DNA of 64,000 bases from positions 1 to 64,000 of IMG/VR virus record IMGVR_UViG_3300042987_002978; one strand, 5' to 3'. Below, one piece after another: positions 1-9,121 of the stretch. Within the stretch, counting starts at the first letter, position 1; the number at the start of each line of letters is the position of its first letter. The notes below the pieces were generated by a model. The model saw nothing but the letters and a program-made list of their open reading frames with translations. It did not search any database and had not been told where the DNA came from. Position numbers and translations under genes: made by a program. This DNA comes from a virus.

Positions 1-42
1 GGTGGTGTGCGGTGGGGATTCCCCCCCCCCGCCCCGACCCGA

Positions 43-375
43 CTAGGCGAGCGAGGCTTTGAGAGCCTTCGCTTCCGCTTGCTTCGCTTGGATTTCGGCG
101 AGCAACTCGGCTGGCGTAGTCTCACGGACTTCGTGAGAGGGCTTTATGTTCTGGTTCAGGTACTTCCCGAAACTGACTGCCGAGATGAGTTCCATAAACT
201 CGGTCATCATCACGTCGGCGTACTCGTAAGAGCGACCCGACATAAAGGTCACTTCCAGAGTTCCGTCAGTCAGGTCAAGCGTACCGTCTTCGATTTCCAG
301 AGGGTCTACTTGCCCGAGCCAATACTCAACTTTTCGGGCTACGCCCGAGTTGAGGTGTTCTACGGTGATTTTCAT
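43..375 (-). CDS. KTSC domain protein
   Basis: TLEVTFMSGRSYEY...SAVSFGKYLNQNIK matches the KTSC pattern; start moved to the ATG after RBS AAGGAG. Confidence 0.75.
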   Translation of the reverse strand: MKITVEHLNSGVARKVEYWLGQVDPLEIEDGTLDLTDGTLEVTFMSGRSYEYADVMMTEFMELISAVSFGKYLNQNIKPSHEVRETTPAELLAEIQAKQAEAKALKASLA

Positions 376-531
376 TTTGTTCTCCTTTTGTGTTCGGTGG
401 GGCGTTTGCCCCACTAATAACAGTATACACTATGGGTGTACGATTTACGCCCCATTTGGGCAAGTTTTACAAAAAGTCATACAACTGTAATACACTACGC
501 TATGCGGTCGGCAGTCACTCAGAGTGAGGGC

Positions 532-540
532 TGTGGATAA
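532..540 (-). promoter_or_regulatory. perfect DnaA box (TTATCCACA)
   Basis: TGTGGATAA on the + strand. Confidence 0.5.
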
Positions 541-606
541 CTTGTTAGGCGAACCTAACAAACTCCCTGCCGTTTGTGAAAGTGCGAACTTTCACAAACC
601 TGCTCC

Positions 607-672
607 TGCCCCTGCCACAAAAAATGGTGTTCCAGAATGTTCGGATTTATTTCGCGCTGAGCGTTCCCTTGG
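607..672 (+). repeat. conserved ~65-bp intergenic element, copy 1
   Basis: TGCCCCTG-N4-AAAAAATGGTGTTCC-N9-GGATTTATT-N~11-GTTCCCTTGG. Confidence 0.9.
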
Positions 673-734
673 ACCCGCCCGGGGGCGCGAGGTGGGCGCG
701 GCCTTACACCCCGCAAGGCCGCGCCCAGACGCTT

Positions 735-1007
735 CTATTGCGCTTGTGGCGCGTCTGTTCCGTATCCGTACTGAAACTCGTAGCACTGCTCTCCAAAGAA
801 CCCTTCTAGGAATCCGTTGGTGAACGCCATGAGTAGTTCATCGGTGAGTTGTGTTCCGTATTTCATTGCGAGCAAGACAAATGCGCCTGAGATGTGTTCC
901 TCAATTTCGCCCTGCTTGCCTTCGCGGGATTCGAGTTGGGCAAACTTACACCCAGCGTCAAACCCCATTTCGCCGACCCACGATGAGTCAGATGTGTATT
1001 CGTTCAT
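735..1007 (-). CDS. hypothetical early protein
   Basis: ORF with own promoter and RBS AAGGAG. Confidence 0.7.
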   Translation of the reverse strand: MNEYTSDSSWVGEMGFDAGCKFAQLESREGKQGEIEEHISGAFVLLAMKYGTQLTDELLMAFTNGFLEGFFGEQCYEFQYGYGTDAPQAQ

Positions 1008-1203
1008 TGTGTTTCTCCTTGCTGTTGTATGAGGTGGGATTACCTCATACCCTAATTATAGGTGTTTGTTAGACAGTCGTCAAGTCAGAACGCTCGATGT
1101 CACACATTTGTAACATTCGCCCGCTGCCTCTGCCGCCCGGGGTCGAATTGCCCCGCGGGGGAAGGAGGTAGAACCCGCGGGGCTTCTCGACTTTCGCCCG
1201 CCG

Positions 1204-1341
1204 TCAGTCCCACTCTCGGACTGTCGGCGCGGGCTTGCGCTTGTGGTGGATAGTCACCGCGCGCGTACGCAGTCCGTCGGCGTAAGCCTGTCGGTCTGCC
1301 GTGTTCCACGCTCGGCGTTTGTTGTGTTTGTTCTTGCTCAT
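1204..1341 (-). CDS. small basic protein, probably leaderless
   Basis: TTGCGA-N17-TATACT lies 6 nt before the ATG of MSKNKHNKRR. Confidence 0.6.
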   Translation of the reverse strand: MSKNKHNKRRAWNTADRQAYADGLRTRAVTIHHKRKPAPTVREWD

Positions 1342-1451
1342 AAGTTTAGTATAACACCTTTCTAGTGTTTTCGCAACTTGTCGGGGAAGTTTTGTTCCTG
1401 TCGCCCTGTGGCTGGCGGTGGGCGCTTCTCGTCCCACCGCCAGCCCAGCCG

Positions 1452-1649
1452 TTAGCGTACGGCTACGGCTTCTTGGGCGAACTTCCGCAGGACTTCCAGC
1501 AACTCATTCGTGTAGAAGTGAATGCTGGTCGTATTGCGGTGCTCGTCGGTAATCTCAACGGTCAGCGATGCGCTGTCGTAGGGACTGCCGTTGACGGTGA
1601 CTATTACGTCGTCCGCTTTTACGCCGTGTGCGTGTATGTAGTGGTTCAT
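1452..1649 (-). CDS. hypothetical early protein
   Basis: promoter 1691-1719, RBS AAGGAG. Confidence 0.7.
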   Translation of the reverse strand: MNHYIHAHGVKADDVIVTVNGSPYDSASLTVEITDEHRNTTSIHFYTNELLEVLRKFAQEAVAVR

Positions 1650-1824
1650 TTCTATTTCTCCTTGTTGTGTTGGTATTGCCTTATGTTATTAGTATAACAC
1701 ACTTTCGGCAGTTTCGCAACTATCCGAAAGAGATTTTTTCGCCCGCTTGCCTCTGCCGCCCTTCGGCGGCTCTCGCCCTGGGGCTAGGTGGTTGCCCACC
1801 TAACCCCATTATGGCGAGGGGGTG

Positions 1825-2070
1825 TTACACGGTTTCGGTGTAACCCTTCAAGGCAACGCCTTTACGAAGTTTGCCCATGCCGTGCTTATCCGACATTGAG
1901 CCCCAGCCGTTGCTAACTTGCTGGAATTCGTTGCCGTTCAGCACCGCCATCAGCGTGGAGTAGTGCCAGATTTCCCGACGGGTGTCGGATACCTGAACCG
2001 CTCGCCACGATGACGCTTTGAGGGTGCGCCCCGTTTTGATTTCGTTTGTGATTAGGTTTGTGATTTTCAT
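1825..2070 (-). CDS. hypothetical early protein
   Basis: promoter 2093-2121, RBS GGAGGA. Confidence 0.7.
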   Translation of the reverse strand: MKITNLITNEIKTGRTLKASSWRAVQVSDTRREIWHYSTLMAVLNGNEFQQVSNGWGSMSDKHGMGKLRKGVALKGYTETV

Positions 2071-2151
2071 TTTGTTTATTCCTCCTAGTTTTAGTATAGC
2101 ATACTGTTAGACATTTAGCAACCTGAGACGCGAATTTCTGCCTCCGGCCGC

Positions 2152-2190
2152 CCGCCCGTTGGGTGGGGCTTGCGCCCCACCCGTTCGGCG
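2152..2190 (-). terminator. GC-rich terminator hairpin (representative of the cassette terminators)
   Basis: GGGTGGGGC-TTGC-GCCCCACCC directly after a stop codon; similar hairpins at ~4899-4928, 6574-6601, 9086-9114. Confidence 0.6.
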
Positions 2191-2191
2191 C

Positions 2192-2434
2192 TTAGTCCAG
2201 TTGGGGCTTTGCGCTGGTGTCGGTGTACCGCTTACCGCCACGCTCACGGGCGGGGAATAGCGGGTACGACTTTCTGCCCGTATCGGGGTCGGTGTAGGTC
2301 ACGGGCAGGAATGCGCGGGTGCGTACTCCGTTGCGGGTGACGATAGTGGCGCCTTTGCGGGCGTACTTGCGAAGCCATGCCGTATCGGGCAGGTTCATTT
2401 CGGGCATCTCACCCGAAGCGGTTAGGGTAATCAT
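2192..2434 (-). CDS. hypothetical early protein
   Basis: promoter 2481-2509, RBS AAGGAG. Confidence 0.7.
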   Translation of the reverse strand: MITLTASGEMPEMNLPDTAWLRKYARKGATIVTRNGVRTRAFLPVTYTDPDTGRKSYPLFPARERGGKRYTDTSAKPQLD

Positions 2435-2607
2435 TTTGTTCTCCTTAGGTTCGGTGAGGCGGGATTACCTCACTACTTATACTGTATCACAAACTAGGCA
2501 GTTTCGCAACTCCTGAGGCATTATTTTTGTTTCATTTGTGTTACAAGTTATTCATCACTCTGAGTGGTCGTTTCTCACGCTCCGTGGCCGCCGGCTCCCG
2601 GCAATGC

Positions 2608-2676
2608 TGCCTCCGCCCCCCCGAAAAATGGTGTTCCTTCACAATTGGATTTATTCCGTATGCGGCGTTTCCTTGA
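2608..2676 (+). repeat. conserved ~65-bp element, copy 2
   Basis: GAAAAATGGTGTTCC-ttcacaatt-GGATTTATT...CGTTTCCTTG. Confidence 0.9.
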
Positions 2677-2799
2677 TGGCACCCGCCCGCGCGCGGCACT
2701 CTCCCACTATCTCCATTATGGCGTAGGGGTGTTACACGGTTATCTGTCGGGCGGGCGTTCACCTTAGGCTGTTGCCCACCCGACAGAACTCCGTTGTGC

Positions 2800-3081
2800 T
2801 TAGGCGTTGGCGTACAAGGCTTTGGATACCTCGTCGCTGGCGTGGCGTCGCGCGTCGTCTTCGGCAGTCTCGCCGTAGAACGCCTGCTTGTAGATACGCT
2901 TGCCAGCGTCGTAGATAGTCACCATCGTTGCCGGGATTACGAACCCGTCAGCGTAAGTCATGTCTGCCTCGTAGTAGCACACGGTGACTTCGTTATTCCA
3001 CCCTTTGGGGTAGGCTTCCGAACTCACTTCGCACCACGCGGTAGTCAGTCGCGCGCCTTTGGGCATTCGTTTGAGTGTCAT
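2800..3081 (-). CDS. hypothetical early protein
   Basis: start MTLKRMPK after RBS AAGGAG; promoter 3128-3156. Confidence 0.7.
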   Translation of the reverse strand: MTLKRMPKGARLTTAWCEVSSEAYPKGWNNEVTVCYYEADMTYADGFVIPATMVTIYDAGKRIYKQAFYGETAEDDARRHASDEVSKALYANA

Positions 3082-3238
3082 TCTGTTCTCCTTGCTGTTC
3101 GTGTGGGCGGGATTGCCCACTACTATTATTGTATCACACTTATTCTGTTCTCGCAACCTGAGACACAAACTTTTAGTTTCTGCCTCCGCCCGCCCTATCG
3201 GGTTGGTCGGGCAGGTTGCCCTGCCCGACCGTATCCCG

Positions 3239-3499
3239 TTAGGCGTTTGCGGGTTCGTTTATGCGGGTGACGTTCTCAGCGGGGAACGCAGGCTTCACCG
3301 TGTGGGCGAAGTAGCGACCGACCGATGCTTGCGTCAGCATTGGCACGACCAGCGTCAGCGGGCAACCCGTGTAGGCGTACTGACTGCCGTTCTGAAAGCC
3401 GACAAACAAAGTGCCGATACCGCTTTCGTCGTCGGAATAGAACGCCCATTTGGCGATTGCCGTGCTGTTCGGCGTTGTCTGGTGGATTGTGATTTTCAT
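3239..3499 (-). CDS. KTSC domain protein (second paralogue)
   Basis: NSTAIAKWAF...TLFVGFQNGSQYAY...ASVGRYFAHTVK. Confidence 0.7.
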   Translation of the reverse strand: MKITIHQTTPNSTAIAKWAFYSDDESGIGTLFVGFQNGSQYAYTGCPLTLVVPMLTQASVGRYFAHTVKPAFPAENVTRINEPANA

Positions 3500-3711
3500 T
3501 CTCATTACCTCTTTCATTGGGTTGTAGTGGGCGGGATTGCCCACTACTTAGATTGTAGCGACTGTTAGACAGATTTACAACCTGCCCGACAGTTTTTTAT
3601 TCGGTGGGTTGCCCCACTAATAATAGGATACCATACTGTTAGACACTTGTCTAGTCCTGAGTGTTACAAGTGTGTTACAAGGTTTGTGCTTGTTCGCACT
3701 TTCACAAACTT

Positions 3712-3777
3712 TGCCCCTGCCACAAAAAATGGTGTTTCCTAATTATTGGATTTATTCTGCGGCGGCGATTTCCTTGG
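3712..3777 (+). repeat. conserved ~65-bp element, copy 3
   Basis: TGCCCCTGCCACAAAAAATGGTGTTTCC...GGATTTATT...TTTCCTTGG. Confidence 0.9.
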
Positions 3778-3837
3778 CCTCCGGCCCGCTGGCGTTGCGT
3801 GCCGGCACCAAGGAGACGATGCCGGCACGCTTGCCAA

Positions 3838-3993
3838 TCAGAGGAATTCGATTGGGTCGCGGTCCGAGATTTCCGAGACATCGCAATCGCGTAAGCACGC
3901 TTGCGCTTCCCAGAAGTCTTCTTCCGTGAGTGGCGCGAGGCCTTCTTGCACATCTTCTGGCAAGTAGTCCCACCACGTTAGTTTTTTATCCAT
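3838..3993 (-). CDS. small acidic hypothetical protein (51 aa, not in ORF track)
   Basis: MDKKLTWWDYLPEDV...PIEFL; RBS AAGGGAG, promoter 4015-4043. Confidence 0.65.
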   Translation of the reverse strand: MDKKLTWWDYLPEDVQEGLAPLTEEDFWEAQACLRDCDVSEISDRDPIEFL

Positions 3994-4086
3994 TGGGTTC
4001 TCCCTTCTATTATCAGTGTATCACACTATTTTATGTTTTGCAACTATTTATGCCAATTTGGCCTCCGCCGGGCCGCGGGCTCGGCC

Positions 4087-4320
4087 CTACCTTTCGGTAG
4101 AGACGAGGCCAGCGGGCACCAGCGAATTCACCAGCACTAGGCCATAGAACGCGCCTGTAATCGCGTCTTTGACGAAGCAGTGGCCCATAGTGCCATTCTT
4201 TGGCGCGCCTGCACCGCCAGAGCATTTCACGACGAGCGTGCCGCGCTTTGGCTGGTGCTTGCGGGCATCAAAGATGTCCATGCCTACGGGTTCGTATCGG
4301 TACTGTCTTACTTTTGCCAT
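4087..4320 (-). CDS. hypothetical early protein
   Basis: RBS AGGAG, promoter 4369-4397. Confidence 0.7.
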   Translation of the reverse strand: MAKVRQYRYEPVGMDIFDARKHQPKRGTLVVKCSGGAGAPKNGTMGHCFVKDAITGAFYGLVLVNSLVPAGLVSTER

Positions 4321-4374
4321 TGGGTTCTCCTATTCCGTTGAGTAGAGCGGGATTGCCCTACTAATTACAGTGTA

Positions 4375-4695
4375 TCACACTATTTTAGTTTTGCCAACCT
4401 CTACGGCCTTGTCAAAGTCACATTCCTCAAACCCCGTCAAACGGCGCTCTGCGAGGATACGGTCACGCACAGCCTCACGGTCGGCGCTGTCACCGTCAAA
4501 CGGGAACAGCGGATTTGGGTCGGTGAGATGGGCGTTCACCGCACTCACTATTTCCATTTCGTAGGCGAATGGATACAGTGCGTCTGGGTGCTCCAGCGAA
4601 TAGAACTCACGGCAGTAGTCCGTGAATTCCTCTACTGATGTCCATTCTGGTATTTCGCGTCCAGCGTGCGGGCTGGTTCCTAGTGTGTGTGTCAT
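4375..4695 (-). CDS. hypothetical acidic protein, probably leaderless
   Basis: TATAAT 6 nt upstream of the ATG. Confidence 0.65.
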   Translation of the reverse strand: MTHTLGTSPHAGREIPEWTSVEEFTDYCREFYSLEHPDALYPFAYEMEIVSAVNAHLTDPNPLFPFDGDSADREAVRDRILAERRLTGFEECDFDKAVEVGKTKIV

Positions 4696-4804
4696 ACTCT
4701 CATTATAGGGACTGTTAGACAGATTAGCAACAGTATTAGTATTACAATCTGATTACAGCCGGCCGGCCACGCTGCGTGGTGGGCCACCACCGTGAGTGAA
4801 CCCT

Positions 4805-4876
4805 TGCCCCTGCTCCCGCGCAAGAAATGGTGTTCCAAGATAATCGGATTTATTCAGCGCACTGCGTTTCCCTTGG
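4805..4876 (+). repeat. conserved ~65-bp element, copy 4
   Basis: AAGAAATGGTGTTCC-aagataatc-GGATTTATT...CGTTTCCCTTGG. Confidence 0.9.
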
Positions 4877-4934
4877 CCTCTGCCCGGCGGCGGGTAGTGG
4901 CTGGTGGGGAGGAGAGCCCCACCAGCCGAACCGC

Positions 4935-5345
4935 TTAGAGGTAGCGAGCGACTGCCCCATACGAGGAAGTACGGACATACTCCTCGTCGGAGAGTTCCAG
5001 CACGCGAATTGCGTTGCTGAGTTCCTCTACTGCTGCCCTGTTGGAGTGCTCGCAGAAACTATTGTCCTTCTTGGGAAGGGTAATTTTGTGCGAGAAGGTG
5101 ACGGTCACTTCCTCAAACTCGTTCGTGTCGTTACGGTACGAGTAGGGGAAAGACACTTCCTTCGGGGTCAGTTTGCCTGACTTGACGAGTGCCGCCACCG
5201 ACTTCTTGATTTCGGCGGTTGCCTTCGTTCGCGCCTTCTCTGCGTTGGCGTAGTCCTTGGCTTCCTGTTCTTTCTTGGCTAGTGCTGCTTTGAGTGCCGC
5301 GAGCAATTTCGCCTTCGTCACTCTCACATTTACTGTCTTACTCAT
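4935..5345 (-). CDS. hypothetical protein with Lys/Ala-rich coiled-coil N-terminus
   Basis: RBS GAAAGGA, promoter 5402-5430. Confidence 0.75.
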   Translation of the reverse strand: MSKTVNVRVTKAKLLAALKAALAKKEQEAKDYANAEKARTKATAEIKKSVAALVKSGKLTPKEVSFPYSYRNDTNEFEEVTVTFSHKITLPKKDNSFCEHSNRAAVEELSNAIRVLELSDEEYVRTSSYGAVARYL

Positions 5346-5432
5346 TATGTTGTATTCCTTTCCTGTTTGGTTTCTAGTGGTGCGGTTGCCCCACTAGTAT
5401 TATTGTATCACACGCTTTGGAGTTTCGCAACC

Positions 5433-5621
5433 TTACGGCGTGGGAGTGTTGTGGAGTTCGTACTCCAAATTCAGTTGTGCCGCTGCCCGCCGCGCTTCTT
5501 GCTCGGTGGCAAACACTTGTTCGCAGTTCTGCGGCTCGTTCTCGTCGCAGAACCACAGTTCCCAGCCCTCGCGGGTCGGGAATACTTGGTAGTTGTATGG
5601 GTACGGGTGTTTTGTTCTCAT
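5433..5621 (-). CDS. hypothetical protein, leaderless
   Basis: promoter 5628-5656 directly before the ATG. Confidence 0.6.
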   Translation of the reverse strand: MRTKHPYPYNYQVFPTREGWELWFCDENEPQNCEQVFATEQEARRAAAQLNLEYELHNTPTP

Positions 5622-5756
5622 AGTTCTAGTGTATCACACTTTCGGGAGTTTCGCAACCTTCTAGCGTTTCGCGGCACTCTTGGCAGAGGCCCCCGCTGAG
5701 GGCCGACCATTCGTCGCCGCAGTTCGTGCAGGCCTGCTCGTTGCCAAATTCTGGGT

Positions 5757-6104
5757 TCATCGCCAGCAACTCGCGCGGTAGGCGACTTCGGCTAGTTGGT
5801 CGCAGTAGACCTCGCGCTGCTCGAACTCCACCACGCCGCTATTGCGGTCTGCGCCGCGCGTAATGCGACGGACACGGCGCACAATATAGGTGTCGTTCCA
5901 GTCGAGGATTACCTCGACGGCTCGCGAAGTGCCGCAGTGAAGCCACGCGCCGATAATGCGGTTTTGGTCGGTGCTGTCGCGCAACGAAGCCCAAACGCCG
6001 CCGCAGATAGCGAGCGTGTTCATTCTGCCGATTTGCTCGATTATTTCGTGAGCGTTGCAGTCTCGACCTTCGCGGTCAATAATTGCCATTGTGTAAGTAG
6101 TCAT
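5757..6104 (-). CDS. hypothetical phage protein
   Basis: start MTTYTMAII after RBS GAAAGGA; promoter 6142-6170. Confidence 0.7.
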   Translation of the reverse strand: MTTYTMAIIDREGRDCNAHEIIEQIGRMNTLAICGGVWASLRDSTDQNRIIGAWLHCGTSRAVEVILDWNDTYIVRRVRRITRGADRNSGVVEFEQREVYCDQLAEVAYRASCWR

Positions 6105-6264
6105 TGTGTTTCCTTTCCTGTTGGTATTGCCTGATAATCTAAGTGTATCACACTCACGCGAGTTTTGCAACTCTCCGCGAGAAATTCTGCCTCCGGCCCG
6201 CCGCTTGCGGCGAGTTTGGGCTGGTGGGGGAAGGAGGGAACCCCACCAGCCGCACTCGTTCTGT

Positions 6265-6492
6265 TTACGCTTTCACGACTGCGCTACGGAGTAGAGCCAC
6301 CCACTCGTCGTAATCGCAGGTGATGCGGTCGGGCTCTGTGCCGCAGGGGTAGCAAGCCGCCTGATGCCAGACCTTAGCGTCGCACTCCATACACACGGGG
6401 CAGTCGTCTCCGAAAGCACCCCATGAGTGAGTAGCGAAGTTCGCATCTCGTTGTTCCTTTGTTCCCTGAAAGGGAACGGGGAAGTTTGCCAT
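6265..6492 (-). CDS. small Cys-rich (putative Zn-binding) protein
   Basis: CPVCMEC...CYPCG; RBS AGGAG. Confidence 0.6.
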   Translation of the reverse strand: MANFPVPFQGTKEQRDANFATHSWGAFGDDCPVCMECDAKVWHQAACYPCGTEPDRITCDYDEWVALLRSAVVKA

Positions 6493-6609
6493 TGTCTTGT
6501 CTCCTGTCTTGGGTTGGTATTGCCTTGTACCCTAAGTGTATCACACTTTCGGGAGTTTCGCAACTCGGTAGTGGTCGGGCAGGTAATCCCACCTGCCCGA
6601 CCGACCGAA

Positions 6610-6834
6610 CTAGACCCGAACCTTTGAGGTCGTGGTCTCGGTGACTTCCACCTCGCTGAATGCCTTAGCAAGGTCGAGCACCTTCTCGCCATTGGCAGGG
6701 CTGAGCAACACGGTGAGTTCGCCAATGCGAACTTCCAAGTTGTTGCCGCTGACCCTGACCTTGATTTGGTCAATGGCAGTGTTCCACGAATAGAGGCTTG
6801 CGCTCTGTCGTGGCTTTGCTTGTACGGTATCCAT
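6610..6834 (-). CDS. hypothetical early protein
   Basis: start MDTVQAK; promoter 6878-6906. Confidence 0.6.
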   Translation of the reverse strand: MDTVQAKPRQSASLYSWNTAIDQIKVRVSGNNLEVRIGELTVLLSPANGEKVLDLAKAFSEVEVTETTTSKVRV

Positions 6835-7037
6835 TCTGTTCTCTTTCTGTTCGGTGGGGCTTGTTCCCCACAACTCAATAGTACCACATTGTTAGACAGA
6901 TTACAACCTTTGCGGCGAGAAAGATTTATTTCTTTCTAAGTTGCTTTCTGCGTCAGTTTGTGCTACAATGGTAGTAGCGGGCAAGATACGAGCAGCCCTG
7001 TGCCGGTCGCCCGGGGCTGCCCCTGAGAGGCAGTTCC

Positions 7038-7107
7038 TGCCTCCGCCCTCCGCAAAAAATGGTGTTCCTTGAATATTGGTTTTATTCGGCGCGGCGATTT
7101 CCCTTGG
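7038..7107 (+). repeat. conserved ~65-bp element, copy 5
   Basis: CAAAAAATGGTGTTCC-ttgaatatt-GGTTTTATT...TTTCCCTTGG. Confidence 0.9.
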
Positions 7108-7158
7108 GCCTGATGGCCCTGGCGCGCGGAAAGGAGGGAAGGCGCGCCAGGACCTAGG

Positions 7159-7335
7159 TCAGGCGTTTTGGAACACGGCGTCCGACTCGCAGAACGAATT
7201 AAAGTTTTCGTCATCTGTCGGGTCTAGACGCAACGCACCGCACCAATTGTAGTAGCGGTTTATCTTGTCTTTAAAGCGTTTGAACTCCGCATCGCTTGTG
7301 GCGAAGGAGACAAATCCGCGATATTCGTTTTTCAT
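7159..7335 (-). CDS. hypothetical protein (58 aa, not in ORF track)
   Basis: MKNEYRGFVSF...VFQNA; RBS GAAAGG, promoter 7357-7385. Confidence 0.65.
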   Translation of the reverse strand: MKNEYRGFVSFATSDAEFKRFKDKINRYYNWCGALRLDPTDDENFNSFCESDAVFQNA

Positions 7336-7352
7336 TGTGTTTACCTTTCTAT

Positions 7353-7784
7353 TTATATTGTATCACTAAATTCGTCGGTTTCCAACTGTCCCGACAGGGT
7401 AAGTTTGGCGAGTTCTATCATCTCGTCAATGTCCCCGCCCACGCAGTCAAGGTGCTCCAAGTCGGGAAAGTTATCCGTCTCTTGGTACAAGTCGAACCAC
7501 GGGTTGTTGTGGAACTCTATTTTCTCGTTCTCGACCGCTTCTGCCATTGCTTCGTCGGAGTTGAGCCACTCTGGGAAGTCGTGGGAGTAGCGGATTACGT
7601 CCGTACCCTTGTCTTCGTTGTTGATGTGCAGGCGCATCTCGCCGTCGCAGTAGACGTGGATAGCCGGCAGGCCTTCCACTTCCACGGACGCGACCCAAGT
7701 GTGCGCGTAGCCGTCACAGTAGAACTCTGACCCCTTGCGGGCGTCGTCGTACTCTGGCGTTTTGCTTATCTTGAATTCGGTCAT
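7353..7784 (-). CDS. hypothetical acidic protein
   Basis: start MTEFKISK, coupled to the upstream gene by an ATGA overlap. Confidence 0.7.
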   Translation of the reverse strand: MTEFKISKTPEYDDARKGSEFYCDGYAHTWVASVEVEGLPAIHVYCDGEMRLHINNEDKGTDVIRYSHDFPEWLNSDEAMAEAVENEKIEFHNNPWFDLYQETDNFPDLEHLDCVGGDIDEMIELAKLTLSGQLETDEFSDTI

Positions 7785-7948
7785 TGTTCTACGGGTCCTT
7801 TCATGTCGTGATGCCACGCCCACGAGCGCTTGCAGGTTGCGCAGGCGTAATACTCGTAGCCGTTGTGTGGTTCTGACTGTTCGGAATACTCAATTTCTCC
7901 TGAGCAGTCTTTGTGTGACTCTAAGAGTTCTTCTATTGTTTGGTTCAT
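7781..7948 (-). CDS. small Zn-ribbon-like protein (55 aa, not in ORF track)
   Basis: HKDC...YACATC; RBS GAAAGG. Confidence 0.55.
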   Translation of the reverse strand: MNQTIEELLESHKDCSGEIEYSEQSEPHNGYEYYACATCKRSWAWHHDMKGPVEQ

Positions 7949-8070
7949 TGTTTTGCCTTTCCTGTTAGTTTCAGTATACCATACTGTTAGACAGATTACA
8001 ACTCTTTTGACAGAAATTGCCCCTGCCCGCCGTTGGCTGGTGGGGCTTTCGCCCCACCGAGCCTGTCGGT

Positions 8071-8514
8071 CTAGCGGAAGATACCTGCCACGGCGTTGGC
8101 AAGCGCACCTGTCGCTTTACCTTCGTCAATGGTGAGTTCTTCGTTGCCTGCCATTTGAAGTGCGCTGGCCATTGAGCCGTCACGGCCAACGACGACGAGC
8201 AACTCCACACGCCTGCGCTCTGGGTGAACGCTGGGTGGGCAGTCGTTGTCGTCTACGGGCGAGGCCCAGCCACCCGTGATGACTGCGTAGTAGTTCACGA
8301 ACGGGTCTGGGTTGATGTTCTCAATGAGTTTGTACACATCGCCGTTCTTCTGCTCGTAGTCAAGCACCAGAATCGGGTGGCCGTCAGCGAACGCCACGGG
8401 GGCGCAACGGGCCTTAGAAAGCCTGTCTGCTGGGGTCTTATTCAGGTGGTCGGCTCCGAGCAATAAGGCGATTTGCGCCATGCTCAGGTCGGTATTCGTT
8501 TCTAGGGTATTCAT
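8071..8514 (-). CDS. hypothetical protein
   Basis: RBS GAAAGGA, promoter 8562-8590. Confidence 0.75.
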   Translation of the reverse strand: MNTLETNTDLSMAQIALLLGADHLNKTPADRLSKARCAPVAFADGHPILVLDYEQKNGDVYKLIENINPDPFVNYYAVITGGWASPVDDNDCPPSVHPERRRVELLVVVGRDGSMASALQMAGNEELTIDEGKATGALANAVAGIFR

Positions 8515-8589
8515 TGGGTTGGTATTCCTTTCCTTGTTGGGTTGGTATTGCTCTTACTCATAGTGTATCACATACGGATACACTAAGCA

Positions 8590-8810
8590 ACTACCGACAG
8601 CAACCGTCGTTGCTCACATACTGACGCTCGGCGGATAGCAAGTCCGCTTGCGTCGGATTACAGGGACTGACAGGGAAGGCTCGACGCAGAAGGGACTACG
8701 AGCCGACTGCCTAGGACAGTCGTCGGTAAGTATTGCTGGTGATACAACTTGTGTAAGTGATGTATTCCTATGTGTTGTCAGTAATTGCTTACTGTATTCG
8801 TATTGCCTTA
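8590..8810 (-). ncRNA. candidate structured non-coding RNA
   Basis: consensus promoter 8818-8846 with no RBS-linked ORF; closing helix UACCGAC/GUCGGUA and several internal hairpins. Confidence 0.4.
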
Positions 8811-8972
8811 TACTCTAAGTGTATCACATCTTTGTCGCTTTCGCAACTCTTTGCGATACTTTCTTTCGGGCTTGCGCCCATATCTATACTGTACCATACT
8901 GTTAGACAGATTACAACTCGTCAATATTACAATTGTGTGACAGGCCAAGACAGCCCGGGGCTTGCCCCGGTC

Positions 8973-9038
8973 TGCCCCTGCCACAAAAAATGGTGTTCCA
9001 AGAGAATTGGTTTTATTCTGCTCACGCCGTTCCCTTGG
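8973..9038 (+). repeat. conserved ~65-bp element, copy 6
   Basis: TGCCCCTGCCACAAAAAATGGTGTTCC-aagagaatt-GGTTTTATT...CGTTCCCTTGG. Confidence 0.9.
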
Positions 9039-9121
9039 CCCCTGCTTCCGCCCGGGGGCGGGTTCGCATCCGCGGGCGAACGCCTGTTCGGGTGGGGGTT
9101 CGCCCCACCCGAACCTTGCGG

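Noticed and set aside
21-30. Poly-C tract as a phase-variation site
   Set aside because: It lies in a terminator-like hairpin at the window edge and may be a homopolymer error.
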